A program made the position numbers and the translations under genes. The notes below the pieces were generated by a model, which was given only the letters and a program-made list of their open reading frames with translations, was not told the origin of the DNA and ran no database searches. A stretch of 64,000 nucleotides of DNA, taken from contig NZ_DASZGI010000329.1 in NCBI RefSeq assembly GCF_035938995.1, forward strand, positions 54,535 to 118,534. The letters run 5' to 3'. The DNA is from Actinocrinis sp. (GTDB lineage Bacteria; Actinomycetota; Actinomycetes; Streptomycetales; Catenulisporaceae). Numbering within the stretch: position 1 is the stretch's first letter; every line of letters begins with the position of its first letter. Positions 53,690 through 62,196 of this stretch are shown piece by piece.

Positions 53690-53828
53690 TGTTCCAGGCG
53701 TCGCAGCTGCCAATAACAGGTCTACAGGAAGGGCGGGGAGTTTGGGGGTGAGCGTCTGAGCTGGGATGGGCTGGCAGACGAACTCCAGTGGTGCGCGGGC
53801 GAGGACTGATGCGCCGTTGTGTGAACGC

Positions 53829-53834
53829 TAGAGT
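53829..53834 (+). promoter_or_regulatory. -10-like TAGAGT 6 nt upstream of GTG 53841 (leaderless start candidate)
   Basis: The context gcTAGAGTGCTCAGgtg has no SD sequence. The same AGAGTGCTC 9-mer recurs at 54728-54736. Confidence 0.35.
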
Positions 53835-53840
53835 GCTCAG

Positions 53841-54698
53841 GTGATCTCGAACTCGCACGCGGGGGAGCGCTGGGTGGAGGACTCGTCCGAGCCCGAGATC
53901 CCGTTGCTTGGCGGGGACGTGACCGAGGGCGTCGTGCGCGTGGGAACGACCGTGCGTCGGCCGATGGGTCGCAACGCGCCGTTCATCCACGCCCTGTTGC
54001 AGCATCTTGAGACGGTTGGCTTCGACGGCGCGCCACGGTATCTGGGCGTGGACGCGGCTGGGCGCGAGGTGCTCACCTTCGTGGACGGCGAGGTCGCGGG
54101 ACGGCCGTACCCGGCGTGGATCGCCGACGAGCGCAGGCTCGCCTCCGTCGGTAGGCTGCTGCGACGCTACGACGACGCCGCGGTGAGCTTCGTCGAACCC
54201 GAAGACGTGACGTTCGTCCTGCCTTCGGACCCGCCCGAGTTGCCTCCGGCTCCTGCTCACGAGAGCGAGCTGATCGGGCACCTCGACGTCACGCCGGAAA
54301 ACGTGGTCTTCCGTGACGCAGCGGCCTACGCGCTGATCGACTTCGACCTGGTGCGACCGGCGGCCCGTGTCGACGAGTTGTACAACGCGATGCTCTACTG
54401 GGCGCCGCTCAACGATCCGCGAGACGTCGACCCCATGCTCCGCGAACTCGACGCACCGAGGCGCTGCCGTATCCTCGCCGATGCCTACGGGATGTCCGAC
54501 CGGGATCGGGGCAGACTCGTGGAGGTCGCGGTACTGCGCACCCGCCGCTCGTGGCATCTGATGAAGCACCGCGCCGAAGTGGATGGCGGCGGGTGGCAGC
54601 GCATGTGGGACGAGGGGGTGGGGGACGTGATCAAGCGGCGCGAGGCCTGGCTCGACCGCAACGGCGCTGCGATCGAGGCCGCTCTGACCGCAGCTTGA
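53841..54698 (+). CDS. aminoglycoside/choline-kinase-like phosphotransferase (APH family)
   Basis: 285 aa. Catalytic loop HLDVTPENVVF and the IDFD motif. Confidence 0.8.
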   Translation: MISNSHAGERWVEDSSEPEIPLLGGDVTEGVVRVGTTVRRPMGRNAPFIHALLQHLETVGFDGAPRYLGVDAAGREVLTFVDGEVAGRPYPAWIADERRLASVGRLLRRYDDAAVSFVEPEDVTFVLPSDPPELPPAPAHESELIGHLDVTPENVVFRDAAAYALIDFDLVRPAARVDELYNAMLYWAPLNDPRDVDPMLRELDAPRRCRILADAYGMSDRDRGRLVEVAVLRTRRSWHLMKHRAEVDGGGWQRMWDEGVGDVIKRREAWLDRNGAAIEAALTAA

Positions 54699-54726
54699 CC
54701 TCGAACCTAAGCCACCGCGATTGTGC

Positions 54727-54732
54727 CAGAGT
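54727..54732 (+). promoter_or_regulatory. -10-like CAGAGT 6 nt upstream of ATG 54739 (leaderless start candidate)
   Basis: Context gcCAGAGTGCTCTCatg. Confidence 0.3.
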
Positions 54733-54738
54733 GCTCTC

Positions 54739-55254
54739 ATGCTGATCGTGATGGCGGGCCTGCCCGGGGCCGGAAAGAGCACCGTCGCCGAACGACTCGG
54801 ACGGACGCTGCCCGCGCCCGTGGTGTCGGTCGACCCCATCGAGGCGGCGATGTGGCGTGCGGGCGTGGCCCGTGACCAGCCCACCGGGTTAGCCGCCTAT
54901 GTCGTGGCAGAGGCGGTGGCCGACGGCATGCTCGCGCTGGGCCAGGACGTGATCATCGACGCGGTCAACGCAGTCGAGCCGGCCCGCCGGCAATGGCGGA
55001 GCCTGGCAGAACGGCGCGGCGTACCGGTGGCGTTCATCGAAGTAGTCTGCTCCGACCCGCGGGTGCACCGCCAACGCTTGGAACATCGCTCCCGAGACGT
55101 CGAGGGCTTCGACGAGCCGAGCTGGCAAGCCGTCCAACAGCGACAGACCGAGTTCGAACCCTGGACCGAGTACCGGCTGGTACTCGACTCGATCGCCGAC
55201 CTGGACTCGAATCTGGCAGAGGCCCTGGAATTCCTGTCGAAGTACGGGTCCTAA
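54739..55254 (+). CDS. P-loop kinase-like ATPase (AAA_33 / zeta-toxin-like fold)
   Basis: MLIVMAGLPGAGKSTVAERL is a Walker A motif at the extreme N-terminus. About 171 aa. Confidence 0.75.
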   Translation: MLIVMAGLPGAGKSTVAERLGRTLPAPVVSVDPIEAAMWRAGVARDQPTGLAAYVVAEAVADGMLALGQDVIIDAVNAVEPARRQWRSLAERRGVPVAFIEVVCSDPRVHRQRLEHRSRDVEGFDEPSWQAVQQRQTEFEPWTEYRLVLDSIADLDSNLAEALEFLSKYGS

Positions 55255-55342
55255 TAGGGAGAGTGCATCGGACCGCGGAGCTGGACTCTGCGTCCAGCAT
55301 TGCGCCGCGGACTTTGGCTTCACTCTCCTCAGGGGCGTCGAG

Positions 55343-56128
55343 TCAGCTGCGTCGTTCGTCGCGGGTGCGGGGGCGGTTGCCTGGTATGACGAGGCCTGAT
55401 TCGTAGGCGGCGATGACTGCCTGGGTTCGATCGCGCAGGCCGAGTTTGCTCAGGATCCTGCTTACGTGCGTCTTGACGGTCTCTTCGGTGACGACGAGGC
55501 GGGTGGCGATCTCCGGGTTGGACATGCCCTCGGCGACCAGGCGCAGGACCTGCGTCTCGCGGGGGGTGAGCGCGGCGAACGCCATCTCGGCGGTGGTGCC
55601 CGGAGCGGGGGTCGAGGTGCTGGCGCGCAGCTGGGCGAACTCGCTGATGAGGCGGCGCGTGACGGTGGGGGCGAGCAGCGCGTTTCCGGCCGCCACCACC
55701 CTTACCGCATCGAAGAGTCGTTCTGCCGTGACGTCTTTGAGTAGGAAGCCGCTGGCGCCGGCGCGGAGCGCGTCGTAGACGTATTCGTCGAGGTCGAAGG
55801 TCGTCAGGATGAGGACGCGCGGCCTCGTGTGCGTGTGGGTGTCCGTGTCCTGGCTCGCATCCTTGCTCGTGTTCGTGCCCGAGCGCGGGGCGGGCTCCAG
55901 CAGTTGCCTGGTGGCCTCAATGCCGTCGGTCTCCGGCATCCGCACGTCCATGAGGATCACGTCGGGGTGTGCGTTTCGGCAGAGTTTGATCGCCTCAGCG
56001 CCGTTGCTCGCCGTGCCGACGACGGTGAAGTCCGGCTGGGTGTCGAGCAGTGCGGAGTAGCCGGTGCGCACCACTTGGTGGTCGTCTGCGATGACGACGC
56101 GGATCGGGGTCGGTGTGCTGCTGCTCAT
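55343..56128 (-). CDS. two-component response regulator, NarL/LuxR family, with an inserted low-complexity loop
   Basis: Receiver domain (VVIADDHQVVR, DVILMDVRMP) plus a LuxR HTH (LTPRETQVLRLVAEGMSNPEIA). A roughly 25-aa insert (PAPRSGTNTSKDASQDTDTHTHTRPR) precedes LILTTFD. Confidence 0.9.
   Translation of the reverse strand: MSSSTPTPIRVVIADDHQVVRTGYSALLDTQPDFTVVGTASNGAEAIKLCRNAHPDVILMDVRMPETDGIEATRQLLEPAPRSGTNTSKDASQDTDTHTHTRPRVLILTTFDLDEYVYDALRAGASGFLLKDVTAERLFDAVRVVAAGNALLAPTVTRRLISEFAQLRASTSTPAPGTTAEMAFAALTPRETQVLRLVAEGMSNPEIATRLVVTEETVKTHVSRILSKLGLRDRTQAVIAAYESGLVIPGNRPRTRDERRS
55826..55849 (-). repeat. hexanucleotide (GACACS/CACACR) x4 microrepeat encoding DTDTHTHT
   Basis: Plus strand reads CGTGTGCGTGTGGGTGTCCGTGTC. 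It lies within the response regulator insert. Confidence 0.7.
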
Positions 56129-57447
56129 GCGATGCCCTCTGCCTTAGCGGGCAGGGTGGCCTCGACGAGGTAGCCGCCTAGGTCTGCCGGGCCGGTGCGA
56201 AGGCGTCCGCCGACGGCCGCGGCGCGCTCGCGCATTCCGAGCAGACCGTGGCCGCCTACCGGTGCCATGGCAGGGGCTCCCGGTCCGTTGTCGCGCACGC
56301 GCAGGCGGAGCGTGTCGGGGTCATAGTGCAGTTCCACGTCGACGGCGGTGCCTGGGGCGTGGCGGCGTGCATTGGTCAGGGCCTCCTGGATGATGCGGTA
56401 GGCGGCGAGCTCGACGCCGGGGTCGAGGGCGGCGGGGGAGCCGGAGATGATCAGGCGCACCCCGGTTCCCGATGCGCTCCTGGCCTCGTCGAGCAGTTCA
56501 TTGAGCTGCTCCAGGCCAGGCTGGGGCCGACGTTTGGCGGTTGGCTCGTCGATGGGTTGGCGGGTGGGCGCCGTGTCGCGGGCGTCCTCACGCAGGACGC
56601 CGAGCAGGCGCCGCATCTCGGTGAGCGCGGCGCGCGCGGTGTCGCCGATCTCCAGCAGCCGGCGCGCCCCGGTGTCGGGCATTCCGGGAGTGGCCACTCG
56701 GGCCGTCTCGGCTTGGACCGCGATCATCGAGATGTGGTGGGCGACGACGTCGTGCAGTTCGCGGGCGATGCGGGCGCGTTCGCCGCGGGCGGTGTGCTCG
56801 AGCAGGGTGGTGGCGATGGCCTCCTGCGCCGCGCTGTGCGCGAGGGTTTCGCTGAGCGCGCGCCGCGCCAGCCCGGTGAGGGCTGCCGCGGGGGCCAACG
56901 ACGCCATCAGGACGGTCAGCACGCCCGCTTCGGAGCTGGGCGGGTTCGGGGCGGCGAGTGCGATCACCAGGAAGGGGAGGCCGAGGCCTGGTGCCAGCAG
57001 CCGCGATCCGGTCAGCCCGAGCCGGTACAGCGCGATGATTTGCCCGCAGCAACCGGCGAGGGTGAGGGTGTGGAAGAGCCCGACGGAGAGCAGGTTCGCC
57101 GCACAGACGACGACGGCGGCCGTGGTCGGGGGTAAGACCGCAGGCGTCAGGGTTGCCGCCAGCGCGAACACGTAGACGAGGATCACGCCCTGAGGACTCA
57201 CTGCGGTGTTCCCGATTTGGAGCACCTGGTTCGGCGTGTTCGGGCCTTGGCCTGGGCTTAGCCCGGCACGCATCGTGCTCGTCACGGTTGTGCGTGTGGC
57301 GAGTTCGAGCAGCGCGGCGAGCCCCAGAAGCACTGCGGCGAGGAAAGGCATCCGTGGAGCGGTGACCAGGCCGCGGCCTGTCTGCTCCCATCGGGAACGC
57401 CGAACTCCCGCTGCGCTCACTTGGCTCCTTAGCTCGTGTGCCGTCAA
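56125..57447 (-). CDS. sensor histidine kinase (HisKA_3 / NarX-DesK-like)
   Basis: Multi-TM N-terminus, H-box ELHDVVAHHIS, and an HATPase_c C-terminus. Overlaps the response regulator start by 4 nt. Confidence 0.85.
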   Translation of the reverse strand: MTAHELRSQVSAAGVRRSRWEQTGRGLVTAPRMPFLAAVLLGLAALLELATRTTVTSTMRAGLSPGQGPNTPNQVLQIGNTAVSPQGVILVYVFALAATLTPAVLPPTTAAVVVCAANLLSVGLFHTLTLAGCCGQIIALYRLGLTGSRLLAPGLGLPFLVIALAAPNPPSSEAGVLTVLMASLAPAAALTGLARRALSETLAHSAAQEAIATTLLEHTARGERARIARELHDVVAHHISMIAVQAETARVATPGMPDTGARRLLEIGDTARAALTEMRRLLGVLREDARDTAPTRQPIDEPTAKRRPQPGLEQLNELLDEARSASGTGVRLIISGSPAALDPGVELAAYRIIQEALTNARRHAPGTAVDVELHYDPDTLRLRVRDNGPGAPAMAPVGGHGLLGMRERAAAVGGRLRTGPADLGGYLVEATLPAKAEGIA

Positions 57448-57521
57448 ATCTCACCCGTGATCCGCCATGGCTATTGTCGGCGCTGGTGGGCGCCTTGCCA
57501 TCCCTGCTGGAAGCGACGCGT

Positions 57522-57565
57522 CCGTCCCTCGTGCGGGGGAGGGCCGGCCGTCGCCGTCCCTCGCG
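57522..57565. promoter_or_regulatory. direct repeat CCGTCCCTCGYG x2 (32-bp spacing) in the TCS/ABC divergent region
   Basis: Copies at 57522-57533 and 57554-57565, 68-111 nt upstream of the ABC ATPase ATG 57633. Confidence 0.3.
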
Positions 57566-57632
57566 TGAGCTACGGCGATGACTGCTCTGTGGCGTGACGA
57601 TCCGGGCACGACCTGGCGCCTAGCCTGCGGGC

Positions 57633-58577
57633 ATGGAAGCAACCATCGAAGTGAGCGGCCTGCGCAAGCGGTTCGGGCCGACCACGGCTCTGGACGGGAT
57701 GTCCTTCACCGTCGAGCCGGGGCAGGTCACCGGGTTCGTCGGCCCGAACGGCGCCGGCAAGTCCACCACCATGCGGGTGATCCTCGGTCTCGACGCCGCG
57801 GACGAGGGCACCGCGCTGATCGGCGGACGGCCCTATCGCGATCTGCGCCACCCGCTAAGCCACGTCGGATCGCTTTTGGACGCCGCTGCGCTGCAGCCGA
57901 GCCGTACCGCCCGCAACCATCTGCTCTGGCTCGCTCACTCCCAGGGTCTGTCGGCGCGCAGGGTGGACGAGGTCGTCGAGCAGGCCGGCCTCGGCACGGT
58001 GATCCGCCGCAAGGCCGGTGGCTACTCCCTAGGCATGCGTCAGCGCTTAGGCATCGCCGCGGCACTGCTCGGCGACCCGCCCGTGCTCATGCTCGACGAG
58101 CCGTTCAACGGCATGGATCCCGAAGGCATTGTGTGGGTGCGCGGCTTCCTGAGATCGCTGGCCGCGCAAGGCCGGGCGGTGCTGGTCTCCAGCCATCTGA
58201 TGAGCGAACTGGAGGACGCCGCGGACCACCTGGTCGTGGTCGGGCGCGGCAAAGTCATCGCCGATGCCGGCGTCGCGGACCTGATCGCAGCAGCGTCCGG
58301 CGACCGGGTCACCGTGCGCACCACCGCGCGCACACCGGCGATGACGGCCCTGGCGAACGCGGGGGCGACGGTCGCGGTCACCGGACCCGACACGCTGACG
58401 GTGTCCGGGCTCGCCGCACAAGACGTCGTCACGCACCTGAACTCGAGCGCGGTGCCCTTCTCCGAGATCTCGGCACATCGCGCGACGCTGGAAGAGGCCT
58501 ACATGGAGCTGACCCGCGAAGCTGTCGAGTTCCGCGCGGCGACGGTCGGCGAGGGCGCCGAGGAGGTGTCCCGGTGA
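57633..58577 (+). CDS. ABC transporter ATP-binding protein (ABC-2/DrrA-like)
   Basis: Walker A GPNGAGKST, signature YSLGMRQR, Walker B VLMLDEP. Confidence 0.9.
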   Translation: MEATIEVSGLRKRFGPTTALDGMSFTVEPGQVTGFVGPNGAGKSTTMRVILGLDAADEGTALIGGRPYRDLRHPLSHVGSLLDAAALQPSRTARNHLLWLAHSQGLSARRVDEVVEQAGLGTVIRRKAGGYSLGMRQRLGIAAALLGDPPVLMLDEPFNGMDPEGIVWVRGFLRSLAAQGRAVLVSSHLMSELEDAADHLVVVGRGKVIADAGVADLIAAASGDRVTVRTTARTPAMTALANAGATVAVTGPDTLTVSGLAAQDVVTHLNSSAVPFSEISAHRATLEEAYMELTREAVEFRAATVGEGAEEVSR

Positions 58578-60187
58578 GCACGACCACGGTCACCCCCTAC
58601 CGCTCCGCCGTGCACGTCGGGCGCGACGGGTTCGCGCAGTTGCTGCGAGCCGAATGGACCAAGGTTCGAACCGTCCGTGGTTGGAGCATCGGGCTCGTCC
58701 TCGCGGCGTTGCTCACGGTGCTTTTCGGGGTCCTGGCCGCGGTGGGCGGTCAAATCTCGTGTGGTGGCGGCCCGGACGGGTCGGGCTCGAAGAGCGGCGC
58801 AGCCTGTCGTCAGGTTCCGCCGCTGGGACCGGACGGGGAGGCCGTGTCCGACAGCTTCTACTTCGCGCACCAGACCTTGGCCGGAGACGGGAGCATCACC
58901 GCCCGGGTGACCTCCCTCACCGGTCTGTACTCCACGCACGGTGGCATCGAGGTGGACGCGGGCACCGCGGGGATGACCCCTGGCACCCAGCCGTGGTCCA
59001 AGGCCGGGATCATCGTCAAGGAGAACACGACGCAGGGCTCGCCGTATGCGGCGATGATGACGACGGGTAGCAACGGTGTGCGGATGCAGTACAACTACAC
59101 CCGCGACATCGCCGGTGAGCCTGGTATGGCCTCAGCGGCCTCTCCGCAGTGGCTGCGGTTGACCCGCTCCGGCGACACAGTCACCGGCTACGACTCGGTG
59201 GACGGGGTTCACTGGACCGAGGTCGGGACCGCGGTTCTGCCTGGAGCGTCTTCGACCGTGCAGGTCGGGATGTTCGCGGCAGCGCCGAACTACACGGTCA
59301 CGAGCCAGGGGTTCGGCACCGCCAGCGCGGTCGGCGGCCCGACCCTGACCACCGGCACGTTCGACGACGTCTCGCTCCAGGGCGCGTCGGCCGCCGGGAC
59401 CTGGACCGGCACGGCCATCGGAAGCGACAGCCCGCGGGGCCAGTTGTTGGCGCAGGCCGAACAGGTTCAGCAGTCTGACGGTGCGTTCAGCCTGACCGGG
59501 ACCGGCGACATCGCGCCCGCGTCCGGCCAGGGCTCGGGACGGCCTGTCGAGCAGAGCCTGGTCGGCGCGTTCGCCGGGCTGATCGCGATCATCGTCGTGG
59601 CCGCGATGTTCGTCACGGCCGAGTATCGGCGGGGTCTGATCCGCCTGACCCTGGCCGCGAGCCCCAGGCGCGGCCGGGTGCTGGCGGCGAAGGTCGTCGT
59701 GATCGGCGTAGTCGCCTTCGTGGTCGGGCTCGTCGCGGCCGCCGTCGCGCTCCCGCTCGGCGACCATCTGGCCTACAACCACGGCAGCTACCTCCTGCCG
59801 GTCTCGTCCCTCACGAAGGCGCGGCTGATCGTGGGCACTGCGGCCCTCTTCGCCGTCGTCGCCGTGCTCGCGGTGGCCGTGGGCACCCTGCTACGGCGCA
59901 GCGCCGCGACGGTCACCCTCGTGATCGTGGCGATCGTGCTGCCCTACATACTCGCGGTCGCGTCCGTGCTGCCTTCAGGCGTCGCGGAATGGCTTACCCG
60001 GCTCACCCCGGCCGCCGCGTTCGCGATCCAGCAGAGCCTGGTCGCCTATCCGCAGGTCACGGCAAACTACACGCCCGCAAACGGCTACTTCCCGCTCTCC
60101 CCATGGGCAGGCTTCGCGGTGCTGTGTGCCTATGCGGCACTTGCTCTAGGGCTGGCGGTCTACCAATTGCGTCGGCGGGACGCGTGA
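58574..60187 (+). CDS. ABC-2 permease with a roughly 270-aa extracytoplasmic ConA/LamG-like (DUF1349-like) domain between TM1 and TM2
   Basis: GTG 58574 overlaps the ATPase stop. TM1 is followed by GDGSITARVTS...WSKAGIIVKENTTQGSPYAAMM...VRMQYNY...PQWLRLTRSGDTVTGYDSVDGVHWTEVG, then 5 TM segments. This is the in-frame tail of ORF-track entry 57578..60187. Confidence 0.75.
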   Translation: MSTTTVTPYRSAVHVGRDGFAQLLRAEWTKVRTVRGWSIGLVLAALLTVLFGVLAAVGGQISCGGGPDGSGSKSGAACRQVPPLGPDGEAVSDSFYFAHQTLAGDGSITARVTSLTGLYSTHGGIEVDAGTAGMTPGTQPWSKAGIIVKENTTQGSPYAAMMTTGSNGVRMQYNYTRDIAGEPGMASAASPQWLRLTRSGDTVTGYDSVDGVHWTEVGTAVLPGASSTVQVGMFAAAPNYTVTSQGFGTASAVGGPTLTTGTFDDVSLQGASAAGTWTGTAIGSDSPRGQLLAQAEQVQQSDGAFSLTGTGDIAPASGQGSGRPVEQSLVGAFAGLIAIIVVAAMFVTAEYRRGLIRLTLAASPRRGRVLAAKVVVIGVVAFVVGLVAAAVALPLGDHLAYNHGSYLLPVSSLTKARLIVGTAALFAVVAVLAVAVGTLLRRSAATVTLVIVAIVLPYILAVASVLPSGVAEWLTRLTPAAAFAIQQSLVAYPQVTANYTPANGYFPLSPWAGFAVLCAYAALALGLAVYQLRRRDA

Positions 60188-61065
60188 GCCGGGCCATGAG
60201 CCAGGCGCCGTCTGTCGAGCCGCGAGCACTGACGACGTCGACACGGCGCGCGGATCTTGACCGAGAACCGTGCGCCGGACGGACACGCTGGCGGGAGACA
60301 CTGCACGCAGAGTGGACCAAGCTGCGTACCCTGCCCGGCACGATCTGGCTGGTGCTGGCCATCACTGTGCTGACGCTCGCAGTGAGCGCGGCGGCGTCCT
60401 CCTCTGTCACCTGCCCGACCGTCGACTGCAACCAGGACCCTGGCAAGATCAGCCTCGCCGGCGTCGAGCTCGGCCAAGCGGTCGCGGCGATCCTGGCTGT
60501 CCTCGCGGTCAGTGGCGAATACAGCACCGGGATGATCCGTGTCACCTTCACGGCGATGCCGCGCCGCACGACAGTGCTGGCTGCGAAGGCAGCGTTGGTC
60601 AGTGGCTTTACGCTGATTGCGGGTTCGGTCGCGGTGCTCGGATCTGTGCTCGTCGCACGGCTTGTCATGCCAGGCCACGGCTTCACCGCAGCACACGGAT
60701 ATCGGCTGCTCTCGCCCACCGACGGCGCCGTGCTCCGCGCCGCCGCGGGTTCGGTTCTCTACCTCGCGTTGATCGCGTTGCTCAGCCTCGGCATCGCAGC
60801 ACTCGTACGGGACTCCGCCGTGGCCATCGGGCTCGTGCTCGGCCTGCTCTACCTTTCGCCGATCATCGCCGGAGTCGTCACCGACCCGCACTGGCACAGC
60901 CGCATCGAGCGCTACGCACCGATGAGCGCCGGTCTTGCCATCCAGGCCACGAGGAACCTCGCGGCGCTACCGATCGGCCCCTGGGAAGGCCTCGGCGTTC
61001 TCGCCGCCTGGGCCGCCGCAGCACTCCTCACCGGCGGCGCTGTTCTCCGCCTGCGGGATGCGTGA
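60184..61065 (+). CDS. ABC-2 family permease
   Basis: GTG 60184 (alternative ATG 60196). HAEWTKLRTLPGT parallels RAEWTKVRTVRGW of the preceding permease. 6 TM segments. Confidence 0.8.
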   Translation: MSRAMSQAPSVEPRALTTSTRRADLDREPCAGRTRWRETLHAEWTKLRTLPGTIWLVLAITVLTLAVSAAASSSVTCPTVDCNQDPGKISLAGVELGQAVAAILAVLAVSGEYSTGMIRVTFTAMPRRTTVLAAKAALVSGFTLIAGSVAVLGSVLVARLVMPGHGFTAAHGYRLLSPTDGAVLRAAAGSVLYLALIALLSLGIAALVRDSAVAIGLVLGLLYLSPIIAGVVTDPHWHSRIERYAPMSAGLAIQATRNLAALPIGPWEGLGVLAAWAAAALLTGGAVLRLRDA

Positions 61066-61092
61066 GGCGGGCGGGCGCACTCCACGACGTAT

Positions 61093-61126
61093 GCCGCTGG
61101 TGATGCGCAGGGGCATCACCAGCGGC
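61093..61126. terminator. bidirectional hairpin between convergent ABC operons
   Basis: 14-bp perfect stem GCCGCTGGTGATGC / GCATCACCAGCGGC with a 6-nt loop. Confidence 0.65.
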
Positions 61127-61152
61127 AACGTCCGGGGTTGACCGGTTTGCCG

Positions 61153-62196
61153 TTATCCGCGAAGTCGGCGGACGCGCCAGAAGCAGGCGGCGGCGAGCAG
61201 TGCGGCCAGGACGGCGTAAACGGCTGTCTCGAGCCACTGCAGCGGCCAGTAGCGGCCGGCGGGCTGGTAGGTGATGTCGACGTGCAGGTCGAGTGGCGCG
61301 AGGCAGGTCCCGAGGGAGCCGAACCCCGATGATGCGCCCTTGAACGCGGGCGGGCCTTGGGCGAGCATCTGGCTCCAGCAGTTGAGGATCTCGCTGGTCT
61401 GGATCGGTTGGCCGGCGCTGTTGAGGGCCGGGGTCTGAGACAGGGCCCAGGCGCCCGGCGGCGCGGGCAGGTCGATGGTGACGGGGCCGGTCACCGCTTC
61501 GGAGCGGTCGAACCTCTCGGCCTGACTCATAGTGGTCTGGTTGATCGGTACGGTGGTCGTCGTCGCGGGCAGCAGGTTCGGCCGGACGGCCGCGGTCATC
61601 AGGACCTGGACCGCGATGAAGACCGCGAGGGTGGCGGCCATGGCGGGCACGGTGCGCCGGAGCAGCAGTCCGAGCGTGACCCCGAGCGCGAAGGCGAAGA
61701 CGGCATAGCCGAGCGGCGCGATGTCGCGGGCGTTGAAGGCCCTGGTGCCCCACCGGTTGCCCGCGATGGTGTCGAGCGGGCTGGCCCACCAGGTGATCAG
61801 GAGGCTGAGCAGGCCGGCGGTCACGACGGACACGAGCGCGAGGGCGGCGAGCTTGACCGCGAGCCAGCGGGTGCGGGTCACGGACTGGTTCCAGACCATG
61901 TGATGGGTGCCGCGCTCGAGTTCCCCGGCGATCAGCGGGGCGCCCCAGAAGATCCCGATCAGGGCCGGCGCGGCCATCACGAAGAATTCGGCGAGAAACT
62001 GCGGGCCGCTGTACTGGTCTTGGAGCGCGTTCAGCAGCCCGAGGCAGCTGTTCTGCGGCTGACAGCTGGCCAGGTCGGTGGTGTAGGAGTGCCGCAGCTG
62101 CGTCCCCGTGATCAGCAGGTAGACAGCTGCTGCGGCGAGGATGGCCACGACCGCAAAGGTCTGGGTGCGAAACTGACGCCAGGTCAGCCAGATCAT
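61153..62196 (-). CDS. ABC transporter permease (ABC-2-like, YtrC/D-type context)
   Basis: 347 aa. Begins MIWLTWRQFRTQTFAVVAILAAAAVYLL. Has 6 TM segments with a large loop. The start overlaps the ATPase stop (ATGA). Confidence 0.75.
   Translation of the reverse strand: MIWLTWRQFRTQTFAVVAILAAAAVYLLITGTQLRHSYTTDLASCQPQNSCLGLLNALQDQYSGPQFLAEFFVMAAPALIGIFWGAPLIAGELERGTHHMVWNQSVTRTRWLAVKLAALALVSVVTAGLLSLLITWWASPLDTIAGNRWGTRAFNARDIAPLGYAVFAFALGVTLGLLLRRTVPAMAATLAVFIAVQVLMTAAVRPNLLPATTTTVPINQTTMSQAERFDRSEAVTGPVTIDLPAPPGAWALSQTPALNSAGQPIQTSEILNCWSQMLAQGPPAFKGASSGFGSLGTCLAPLDLHVDITYQPAGRYWPLQWLETAVYAVLAALLAAACFWRVRRLRG

Noticed and set aside
57578-58573. N-terminal 332 codons of the 869-aa ORF-track entry 57578..60187.
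   Set aside because: This part is out of frame over the ABC ATPase gene. The real permease starts at GTG 58574, coupled to the ATPase stop.
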